Assembly (NCBI GenBank): GCA_000708835.1
Contig: DF237069.1
Span: 62,001 to 126,000, forward strand
Length of the DNA: 64,000 bases
Reading direction: 5' to 3'
DNA from: Klebsormidium nitens
Taxonomy: Eukaryota; Plantae; Klebsormidiophyceae
Position numbers and translations under genes: made by a program. Below, one piece after another: positions 23,201 through 34,300 of the stretch (position 1 is its first letter; every line of letters begins with the position of its first letter). A model generated the notes under the pieces. The model was given only the letters and a program-made list of their open reading frames with translations. It had not been told where the DNA came from and did no database searches.

Positions 23201-26200
23201 CGCTAACCAGCCTCTTAACCCTTCTTATAACCAGCAGTTCCCCCCACTTGGTTCTCTCCCTAACCCACCGCACAGCCCGTCTGCCGCCCTTGGTTTCTCC
23301 CCCCGAGCGCCGCCGATGTCGCCCCCGCAACTCGTCCCCGCCATGGAGATCCAGCAGCTGACGTTCTGGCTCAACGCCCAGATCGCGCACACGCTCGAGC
23401 AGTTCCGCTTCTCCGGGCCGCAGCACGCGTGGCACGTGCAGGAGACGCTGCGCGCGAGCGCTCACGCCTACTTCGACAACTACGTCCGCGAGAGGCAGCT
23501 CCAGATGCGCGGCGGCGCGCCCCCCCGCCCACTGCCGCCGCCTCACTTCTCTCCCGGGCAGGGCCCGTTCCCACCGAGCTCGATGCCGGGCCCGTTCACA
23601 CCGGTCTTAGGGGAGGGGCAATTCACACCTGGCTTGGGGCTGGGGGCGCTCCCTGCTCAACCCGTACCCTTCCCAACCCCGCTCCCGGCATCCCCGTCCA
23701 GTATCCCCAAGCCTGGTAGTGGGGTGGCATCTTCTGGGGGCCTCAGGACCCCCTCTCCACAACAAACAGGGGACCGGAAGAGTGTATCCGGTCCAGGGGG
23801 ACCGGACCTCGCGTCTGAGCTGGGCCTACCGCACGACCTCTCGCCGGAACCGGTGCCCCTCCGCATACGCTCTGAAGACGGCAACACGCACGACGGCTCA
23901 GCACTACATTCTTTGGACGGCACAGCGCAGCCGCCAAAAAGCTTAAAATGGCGAAAGAAGAGAACAGCCGACGGAACGACGCCGAGCACCTCAGGGGGGG
24001 GTCGAAAGACACTGGGGCTTTGGGGGGGGTTGCGGGTGCGGGGAGCGGCAGCTGCGGCAGCTGTCGCGGTTGCTGGCGATGGAGGAGACGGCGATGGAGA
24101 AGCACATCAAGGCGCACGACCTATACAACGTGCGGCTGACGCTGCAGGCCAAGGCCGCGCCGGGGGAGCCCGCGCTGCAGCTGTTTGCGCTCGAGGTAAG
24201 GAACAAAGCTGGCAATTACGGGAGGGTGCGCCAGGCGTGAGGGACCAGCTTTTTGAGAAGATGGCCCACGGTTGTAGGTTGTGCTGGTTAAAGGAAAGGT
24301 TGATTGAAGGGGTGTCACTTTCATGCTTTGAAAGAGGCTGAGTGGGAGCCCGAAGCATAAGCCGCTTGTGGCGCTCACGCGGACTTGTTTTCTAACGGGG
24401 AATGTTCAATTGGCGTTGCTTTCAGCGGTTGTAAGTGAAAGTGGATACGGTTTTGTCTTCAAAGTGAAACGCACCTAAGGGTCTGTTCTGGAACAGCACC
24501 CTCAAGAACATGAGTCAGGCGTCATTCTTGGTGAAATTTCCAACATTCACCGTCTCCTCTTTTTGACGCCTCTTTAGCGCTTTGTCATGGCTCGTCACTC
24601 ACGTGCTCAGAATGTCTTCCGTCATGTTCCGTCATAGGTTGCTTGCACTTTCTGTCTCGATGCGATCGCATGAGAAAGTTCCTTCGGCCCCCCAGGTCCC
24701 CGGCTTGCCCGAGAACCGGCCGTCCGTGCTGTACGCGGACGTTGTGTACCTGCGCGTAGCGTCCGCGCCGCAGGTCGAGTACGCCGCCTTTGTGTGGGCC
24801 GTAGAGATGCGGCCGTCCCCGCACGTCCTGCTGGCCATCGCCAAGGACCTGCCCACCGCCGCCAAGCTCCCGGTCAAGAAAACGGGCGGGGAGAAGACCC
24901 CGGCCTGGGCGCGGGCGCTGGCGGAGGAGGCCGTGCATGCCCGGTTCACTTTTGACCGGCTACTGCTCAAGGTATGCTTCTCCATAGGAAGGACCGCATG
25001 TTTTTCCAAGGAAAGGACCTGGCAATTGCGGAATCTGGGCTTTCGCAATTCAAAATGCAATTTGAGCCTTCGTGAGGTCCTGTCTCTACATTTGGCACGG
25101 CCCCTTTCAAGATTGTCCCCCCGTAAGCTAACCCGGAGTGAGGTACTGGGCGTCTTTGCTATTTCGAACGGCCGGTCAACAGCCGCTGGTGAAGCTTCTC
25201 CTCGCAGCACCTTTGCTTGAGGCACCTCGTGCGTAACATCCTTATGTCAATCACGCTTATGTCGAAACCCCAAAATTTGACCCACTGGTTCATCTCTTGG
25301 CTTCCCGTTCCCGCCGCAGCGGATGCACCTCGCCCTCGCCAAGGCCGCGCTCGCGCCTTTTCCCCTCCTCCCCTGCGTCTGCTCGCGCGACTCTCCCCGT
25401 CAGTCCATCTCACCTCGAAACCTAGACAACGCCCCAGATGCGGACCGACGAAAATGGTCGCCTCCCCCCGCTTTGAAGTCGTCCAGCCCTAATGGGCTGC
25501 AAGAAACTAGAGATGGCGGGCCAGACCCAGACTGGGCCGACTCGTTCGCCCCAATCAACGTAAAGCTGAACCGGCAGCAGCGGCAGGCGGTGGGCAGCCT
25601 GCTAGAGGGGGCCGGTGGGAGGGGCCCGTACATCATCTTCGGGCCCCCCGGGACGGGCAAAACCGTCACCATGGTCGAAATGTGCCTCCAGGTCAGCTAG
25701 CGACGTCACGCGTAGGCTGCACTTTTCTCGTGTGTGATACAGCCTCGCAAGGCAAGGAAAGAGATTCAGATACTGCTGGCTCTAGGAAGCATCCGGTGGA
25801 TTGCTCTTGTATCTGATGTCGATCTTTGTTGTGTTAGTTATGCTAAATCCATAAGTCCGGTGTACCGAGGAGTCAAACCAAACGCGCGCTATAGCCTCGC
25901 TTCACGTCACTTATCTCCCAAACTCCTTTGATGATTGACGCAGTTGGGCTTAGCACAGCAGGGGTGCTGACTGTCACGGCTGTCTCGTCTTGCACCTCTG
26001 ATGAATCGTGTGCCAAAATGCAGTTGCTCCAGAAGGGCTTCCCCGCGCCGCGCCGCAAGGCCCGGCTGTGCGTGTGCGCCCCCTCCAATTTTGCGGCGGA
26101 CCTGGTCTGCAGCGGCATCGCGGCCGGCGGCATCGGCACTGACGTCATGTGGCGCCTGAACGACCCCCGGCGCACGCTCGCCTCGGTCAAGGCGGACGTC

Positions 26201-29200
26201 GTCAGGTGAGCTGGTCGCACGATCTGAGCAGTCCGGAAAGGTTTATATTGTCGGCTCTGGAATACCTCGTCCTCTGAGAAAGGTTTAGGCGCTCTATAGC
26301 AGAAAGAGCATGATGCAGTGCAGACACTCGGTTGCCGCTTGAGCTGATAGACTTATCGAGACTAGACACTGACCACATCTTGCTCTCGGATCCCCTCGCT
26401 AATACCCTCCACATCTTGCTCGCCAAATTTCTCTTGACCCCTCCACATCTTGCCCGTTCATCTCCTCCCTATAACGCCCTCCCGTCCGCCCTATTTCAGC
26501 TACTGCAAGTACGACGCCGCAACGGGCCTGTTCGCGCTGGCGGCTGCGCCCTCGTCGTACCGTGTGATCGTGTGCACGTGCGGCGCGGCCGCGCTGCTGC
26601 AGGAGCCGCCCCTCGCGGACACCGCCGGCGCTTTTACGCACATCCTGATCGACGAGGCGGGCCAGGCGCTTGTCGCGGAGACGCTCATCGCGTTTGGGCT
26701 CGCGCGCGAGGACACCGAGCTCGTGCTCTGCGGCGACCCCCGCCAGCTGGGGCCAGTGGTAAGGTCGCCTTAACGGGAAAAAGATTTATCATACTGTATT
26801 CTGATATCCAGGAGACCTAAACTGTTTGGGAAATCTTAAATTTTGAAAATAGTCACACTATCAGGTGCGACCCATAGGAGACCTTTGTTCACGCTGACCC
26901 CTTTGTCTGAGACCGGTGTTGGTGATGAAGGGCTTTGTATAACAGGCGCCATATCGAAGCCCGCAAGTGGCCGGAAAGAACGGTGGACTTGAGTGTAGGC
27001 TCGAGGGTTTGAGGCACCTTTCACATGATCAACACTTGGGTTGCAGCCTGCCCGTGCGCAGCCAGGCGGGGCTTCTTGGAAGCAAGGGAAGACTGTTTCG
27101 CGGACTCCTTTATGCTTAGAAACACCGATTCGGCCCGTTGAGGAGCTAGCTCTCAGTCTCTTCTCTCGTGCAAACCGGGCTGCCGCTTTCGCCGCAGGTA
27201 CATTCCCCGGTTGCCGCCCAGCACGGCCTGGCGCAGTCGCTCCTCGAGTGGTACATGAAGGCAGCCGAAAGAGAAGCCGAGACACCTACCCCGAACCCTT
27301 CAAACCCCGAGGAGCCCGCCCCCGCGGCCGGCCACACCGACATCCTCCAACGAATGTTCCCTAAAGAAAACAATGGCCCTGCCAGTGCGGAAACTTCGGA
27401 AGGTGCGGGTAGCGCGGAGTATTCACACCGGACGCACGTGGTGAAGCTGGTGCACAACTACCGGTCGCACCGCAAGCTGCTGGAGCTGCCGTCGCGCATG
27501 TTCTACAAGGACGAGCTCGTGGCGACCGCGGAGGTGGGCGGGCCCGTCCGCTGGTCGCCGTCGCAGTTGGTGTTCGCTTGCCGCTTGAAGCTGGGCTCTT
27601 CTTACTTGGCGATAATACGCGCGGCTCAAAGTACCTCTCTCGACGAGGAGCTTGAGAACTGTGCAAAGTTTCCCGAGGCCCTAACACGGCAAAGCGGCCA
27701 GAAGTCAATGGCTGCTTCGCCTTTGATCTCTTTTGGCGGCCAGATCGACCAAGAATTGCCGTCTGACCTCAGTATGTGCTTTTCCCGTCCGCAGGAGGCA
27801 ATGGTTGAACCGCCTCGCAACTGGGACGAAATGCAGGGCAGCGACTTTCCGATGCTCTTCTACGGTGAGCCGGCTGCGGGCCGTTGAACCTCGAAACATT
27901 TCTCGCTTGACAGAGTCTGGTCCAAACACCTTTGCTACACACCTCCATATGATCCTTGTCATGTTGCCTTGGGCTTGATGGAGATAAGATGATCCTGGAA
28001 AGCACAAGGAGCTTGCGCAATTCAGGTATCCAGCTGTCACACGAGCGAGGTTAACACAAACCCGTACGAGTCATGTGGCCGCGGGCAGTGGGGTCGTTGC
28101 ATAGCAACACGGTGCCAGGCGCCCGAGGCTGAGAATTCCTCTGAGAAGTGACCGCGAAGAGGGGCCTGACGGTGACACGCCATCTGCATCTTTCGTAGGC
28201 TTTTTACGAAAACAACAGAAAGTTTCTTCTGCCTGCTCAATGCTCTTCTATCTGCACATATTTGGCCGCTTCATGGGAAGGCCCCGTGGATCCTGACTCT
28301 CGCCTTTACCCGCTGTGCGTGCAGGCGTGCGGGGGCAGCAGATGCGCGAGGGCGAGGCCCCCTCGTACTTCAACCCGCTGGAGGCGGAGCGGCTGGTGAA
28401 CCTGCTGGCGGGCCTGCTGCAGCGGGGCAACATCACCACCGCCGACGTCGGGGTCATGGCGCCCTACCGCAAGCAGGTGCGCGCGCGGCAGTCTCAGACA
28501 GACTAGAATGACAGCGGGAAAGAAGTTTGTCAAGCGCGTTTCGTAGTCTGTGTGATTCAATGCGCTGGGACAACGGCAATTTAAGACCGACCGTTTCCCA
28601 ATAAGTCGACGCAGCACTTGATTACCAAACTGCCCAAAAAAGGCTTAAACATTTGTAAAGTTTGGGGGTCGAGCTATGGAGCATGAAGGTCTTCCTTTAT
28701 GTTTCCTTTCTCCAAAAGGATATGCTCATCACTCTCTTGACCCTGCCATGACCCCCCTTATTCCCTCTTCTTTCCAATGCGCGCACCAATCGCGCACCCG
28801 TTTTCTTCGTGCCAGGTCCAGAAGTTGCGGCTGCTGCTGCGCGCGCGCGGGCTGGGCGCGGTGCGCGTGGGCACGGTGGACGACTACCAGGGCCAGGAGG
28901 AGCGCGTCATCTTCATCTCCACCGTGCTCACGCGGCCGCGCGCGGCGCACGCGGGCGCGAAAACGGGGCCCGACGGGAGCATCGGCTTCCTGGGCAACGC
29001 GAAGCGGTTCAACGTGGCGATCACGCGGGCGAAAGCGCTGCTGGTCGTGGTGGGTCATCCGGTGGTCTTGTTAGAAGACGAGAACTGGAGCCAGCTGTTG
29101 CGGTACTGTTTGCAGCGAGACGCGTACCGGGGGGCGGGGTCGGAGATGGTGCCGCGGTATGTGCGGCACGGGGGGGACGATTGGACGGTCACGGAGGGGG

Positions 29201-29372
29201 GGGGGAAGAGGGGGAGTATGAGGAGGGGGACGACGATATTGCGGAGGCGGTGGGGCGGATCGCGGAGCTGTCGCTGCTCGGGATGGGGGACCTGGACCGG
29301 CAGTTCCCGGAGGGGCTCGACTCGCAGTATTCCGCGTTTAGCGAGGATCTAGAGTGGCGGGTCGTGTTGTGA
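20213..29372 (+). CDS. SDE3: SDE3/MOV10-like Upf1-family (SF1B) RNA helicase with a long low-complexity insertion
   Basis: Exons: 20213-20305 (start uncertain), 20756-21260, 21515-21753, 22329-24195, 24696-24971, 25320-25691, 26024-26205, 26500-26758, 27198-27533, 27795-27864, 28325-28476, 28816-29372. Motifs LLAMEE, VPGLPENRPSVL, FGPPGTGKT, CAPSNFAAD, DEAGQ, GDPRQLGPV, NYRSH, YFNPLEA, VGTVDDYQGQE, RFNVAITRAKALL. Apparent frameshifts at G-runs ~23994-24045 and ~29170-29205. Confidence 0.92.
22021..22163. repeat. Dispersed 21-bp direct repeat in an SDE3 intron
   Basis: cgacaacacctctcatcagac at 22021-22041 and 22143-22163. Confidence 0.85.
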
Positions 29373-31364
29373 CGGCTCTTGCGAGGGCTAGGCAGCAGGC
29401 TAGGTAAAGCAAGCATTTTCATACTTCAAAATACGTAAAATGAACTGTAGATCTGGTAGAATAGGGATGACATTGAGTCGGGACCGCAGCGGATATATAG
29501 ACAGTGCTTTGGAGCTCCTCACCTTGTTCCTCCAGTTACAGAGAAGTTTCTGTTGGCTCTTGTTCTAGCTGAATCAAGAAGATGCATCTTTGCCATGTCA
29601 GCCATACAATGCACAGACTCTGCTGGAGTAGATTCTCGGGAAGCAAGGATGAGGCGTTACATGAATGCTTGCGGTGACATTGCATGTGCAGAAGCTTTTT
29701 AGATCCAAATGATGGTCAAGCTGCCTCGTCTTTCCGGCCCCAACTCCGTATTAGTAGGAATCCCAGCTAGTGGTACCTCGTGACCATAACATGCAATTAA
29801 CCGCATGATTGCATCGTGAAGTATCGGATCAGCTTGAAGGAGACGATTTTGCACGCCACGAATATCAACACTTGCAACATGAGAATGCAATCGTAATTTG
29901 GTTGAAGACTCGACTTGGAAAGAGACGCATGGACAGAGCCACACGTGCAAATCCGCGGCGGCCCCTGCAATTGTCGTTGATGGTCCTCTTGCAAGCAGCA
30001 GCCTGGCCGTTAACGGACTTGACGTTAGCGGAGATTGGATGATTACCCAATTGAATCGAAGTACGTCGAGGGGCAAGACTCGATCATGCACACACGAGCT
30101 AGCAGCGACGGTTCACCTTTGCCACAGAACGATGACATAGCCGTGCGTACGAAAAGCGTTGATCAGCACAATGCAGACTACAGCAATAATAATAACAATA
30201 CCAATACAAACATTGGTCGATGGCCAAGCCAACTCAAAGACTTGATGCCGTCCGATCCGAGAGCCCCTGAATGGAAATCCCTGCCCTCGAATTCTATTCG
30301 TAGCTTAGTATGAGGTAATTTGTAGAGCGTCAACCAACGCGATTGGAAGGGACGCCTAAATACACTTCGGTATTGCCAATGCTTGCATGTAATCAATATA
30401 TAGTTGAGGTGAATCATGTGCCCGTCAATTGCGCAAGCACATCTTAGGATCATGCACTAGATCATGCATTATCTCCTCTTGCTTCTAGTTTTATGATTGT
30501 ATTGCTGAGCCCTGGGCATTGATTCTGATTACCCATCCAAATCGCTAAGCAATCCAGGCATGAGTGCATAAGATGCAAGTACTAGTTTGAATGTTAATAG
30601 GCTTTCCGTTATTGAAATATCATAAGCATGCAAAACTCAAAAGCCTGGCTCTCGCTCTGCTCTTCTGCTGCCGCCTCGCATCGCTCTGCGTTGTGTAAGT
30701 CAATCTGGTCATTACCACTGGCCAAGACAAACCTATAAACAGGCTTGCACGAAAGCAACCATCAATTCCCGACAATGGTGAAGGCTCATAACCCCACACG
30801 ACATGCAACAAAGTATGGATGTTCCTTTAGGGTTCTGAACAACCCACTGTTTTTGTAAAGTTTCAGCACGTGTTGAAGCACTGAAGTGACCTGCTTGCCA
30901 GAAATGCGGCACCGCTCGTGACTCAACGGTACCTTTTTCTTCTCTATTTGAGGAGTTTTTGAGTCTCCGGCATACCCGGGATAGTTTGTTGACTGAGATC
31001 GCCGTGCTCCACGGCCATGGTGGCTAAGGACGTTAATGAAATATAGAAGTTACCATCACGTAGTACCATTCTTTGCAATCATCAATGTATACATTGGACT
31101 AGATTGTAACATGGTACGTGACAGACATAAACGATGGATGCCAGTTTTGATGTAATGAAAATCAGCAAATGCGCAAATATGCTGATTGATTCAGTACGGG
31201 CTATACATCAACGCATCAAGCTAGCGCTAGACAGACAATTTGAAGAACGTAGTCTGCAAAAGTCTTCTCCAACTAACGTTTGCCCATTTCAGGTTCTCCA
31301 AGTTGGTTCAGCATAGTATCGCGTGTTTATCGCACGAGATGCATGTCTGTCTGCATAACGGTTC

Positions 31365-34300
31365 CTATTCCTTTCCAAAGCAGGCTTTTAGTTGCCGCTC
31401 CTCCTTCCTAAAAGCCTGGTCATCTAAGGACTTTTGCGCAAAGCCAAAGTCGATGCAAGAGACTTTGTTCTGACCATCAACGATGAAGTTGGACAACCGT
31501 ACATCTCCGTGGAGGTAACCACGCCGATGAACCGACCGGAGCGCTTCAGCCGCACTTCTTAGAAGCCCTTTGTCGTGAACCATCAGAGGTCGACCCTCGA
31601 TCCAGGACAGAATCACAGCATACGTGGAATCAGTGTACGGGCCATAAGCCAGCAGCCGGGGCACTGTCACGTCCCACAGAGGGCTAAGCTCCATCAGAAC
31701 CGTGGCCTCGTTGAGCAGGTACCCCAATCTGGACGTCGATCGGCTCATGTCGAGCGTTTTCACCGCAACTGCTTTTCCACCGAATCTGCAGAGGATAAAA
31801 GAAGGTCGGAAGAAAGTCAGATCCTGCGGAGATTTGATGATTGCGAGTCTGGCGCAATTGAGCACATGTGTGGCACGCGCCAATCGTAAGTCAGGCAAAG
31901 GGGCCCACGCGCGCGTGGCAACAGAAGCTTCGCACTTCGTGAAACTTCACGAACTGCAGTACGAAAACATACACCAGAAGAATGATTGCGGCGCTGGTCT
32001 TGAATCGAGTTGTCGGCAAGACTCTTTGCTTTAAACTAGTTTACGGTGCAGATGCTTGCTGGCAGCACCACATCCTCTTTAGCAGCAGTGATTCGGAGAA
32101 CGGGAAAAGCCTCTGGCAGATTTGGAGTCGAAGAAGGATCAAAATACTTTGCAACAAGCCTTCCGCATCAACAACTGTAATGTCTTTTTCAGACGGAAAA
32201 GGTAGAGGATCGGACGTCGTCGAGAAAATGGTTACAAGCACAAGGTAGATTGGCAAGGTGCGCCTGCTTTGAGATTTTGATTACGTGTGGGTGCCAAGAA
32301 GGACACCCTCTACGAGCCAACACCGACAAGGATATTTCGCGGGATCAGAACGGGCGCGGAAAGACAACCGTTCGTGAAGCAGTCCTCCTGAGCAGCATAT
32401 CAATCATTCTACCCTCGTATCTGTCTAGCTTCATCCGAAATGCTCCTACGACCTCCACGGGGTTTGCTGGCTGAAAAGCAGAAGACTGTAAAGAAGAAGA
32501 ACCAGAAAACAGACTCCGGATCCTTACAGGCCTCTAAAAACGGCTCCAGCAAATCCGTCAGTGACAAATTCCGTTAACCAAACGTCCTCCCGAAGTCCCC
32601 CCTGCTCGAGCCCGTGGCTCCTCTCTGCAGGGTGCAGACGCTCTGCATACTCAGTACCGCCTCCATGGTCAATCTCCATGTTCGGGGCAACCTCGCCTCC
32701 TTGCTGGCCCCCACTGGGATGTCCGCAGCCCCTCAGCCCCTCAGCCTCACAGCCGCCTGCGCTCCCTACGTCAGCGCCAATCAGCGCAGCGTAACCCGCA
32801 TCTGCGCCGGTCAGCGCATCGGCCGTCGCGTCGGCACTGATAGCCGTCCCGCCCCCTGCTCCAGCATCGATTCCACCGTATCCGACCCACGCTCCAGCAA
32901 TAACGCNNNNNNNNNNNNNNNNNNNNTGATAGCCGTCCCGCCCCCTGCTCCAGCATCGATCACCGTATCGACCCACGCTCCAGCAATAAGCACTGCATTG
33001 CCGCCAGCGCCAGCCCCAGTCACTTCTTCGACCCCCCAATCCGCGCCAATTGCTGTGTCGCCCCTGGCGCCAGCACTCGTCGGATTGCCCCCGGCTCCAG
33101 TCTTGATAACCGAACCGGCACCCCCTCCGGTGCTGATCACTAAATCGCCCACCTCCTCAGAGCCGGTCAGCGCATCGGCCCTCGCGTCAGCTCCGATCAC
33201 CATGTCGCCTCCGGCACCGGCGCTGATAATTGTACCGCCCCCTGCTCCAGCACTGCTCACCGTGCGGACCCCCGCACTGATCAAAGTGCCGACCTCCGCT
33301 CCAGCACTAAACACTGCATTGGCCCCAGCGCCAGCCCCAGTCACTCCTTCGACCCCCCCATCCGCGCCAATCCCTGCGTCGCCCCTGGCACCAGCACTCA
33401 TCTCCGCATCGCCCCCTGCTCCAGTGTTGATGACCGCATCGCCCCCCGCATCAGCGCTGGTCAGCGCATCACCCCCCGCTCCAGCGCCGGTCAGCGCATT
33501 GCCCCCCGCTCCAGCGCCGGTCAGGGCATCGCCCCCCGCTCCAGCGCCGGTCACCAATTCGCCTCCGGCACCAGCGCCGATCACCGCGTCGCGTCCGGCA
33601 CCGGCGCTGATCGCCGCACCGCCCCCTCCTTGAGAGCTGACCACCGTGTTGGCCCCCGCGTCAGCGTCAATCAGTGCATTGCCCCCGGCGCCAGCGCCAA
33701 TCAGCACTTCGAGCCCGGCATCAGCACCATTTATTGCATTGCACCCAGCGCCAGCACTGATCACCACACTGCCCCCTGCTCCAGCACTAACCACCGTGTC
33801 TGCCCCCGCATCAGCACTGTATACTGCAGCGCCCTCATCAGTCATCATATCGGCCCCCGAATCAGCACCGTCTCGTTCGGTAACCCCTACAGCTGCACCA
33901 ATCACCCCCAAGGCCCCTTTGCCGGCGTCGTCTATTGCAGCTGCTTCCCCGCCAGCTCTCTTCACCACAATGCCCCCAGCGCCTGCGCCCAGGACCGCGC
34001 TGCTCACCCCAGAACCGGCGCCCTTCACGTTGCTACCGCTCATTGCGGAGCCGCTGGCCCCCGGGTAACTAGCATCTGGGCCGCTGGAAGAACCGCTCCG
34101 CGGCCGAAGCTGTCGGGTGTTGCGGGGGAAGATGGGCGGGAGCTGGTTCACGTTGATCGCGTCTGGGAATGTCGGGGCGTCTTCTTCACCCAGGAGAACT
34201 TTGGTGGCATAATAGATGAGCTCCACACAAAATTCCCAGAGTTTTGGAAACTGAGCGATTAGAACCGCCACTTGCAATCATACTGAAACTCTGTATAAGC

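Noticed and set aside
26373-26453. Three copies of ccacatcttgc separated by unique spacers, superficially CRISPR-like
   Set aside because: The repeat is only 11-15 bp with three copies, lies in a eukaryotic intron near the acceptor, and there are no cas genes.
11640-29205. Idea that the three frameshifts mark programmed recoding or pseudogenes
   Set aside because: All fall at homopolymers (A, G8, G7/G10) in otherwise intact genes, and the assembly also has an error-prone gap. Sequencing error is the simplest explanation until reads are checked.
29400-31350. Short ORFs (e.g. 29699-30091 minus, 30035-30313 plus) and a strong minus-strand donor near 29520
   Set aside because: No recognisable homology or coding-type codon bias, and I could not build a consistent gene model.
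32614-34068. Long + strand Pro/Ala/Ser/Thr-rich ORFs (339 aa and 140 aa) resembling an arabinogalactan protein or mucin
   Set aside because: They are antisense shadows of the Gly/Ala repeat, because reverse-complemented GGN/GCN codons rarely give stops. The minus frame is the one joined in phase to the nuclease and kinase exons, and the plus frame has a stop at 33631-33633.
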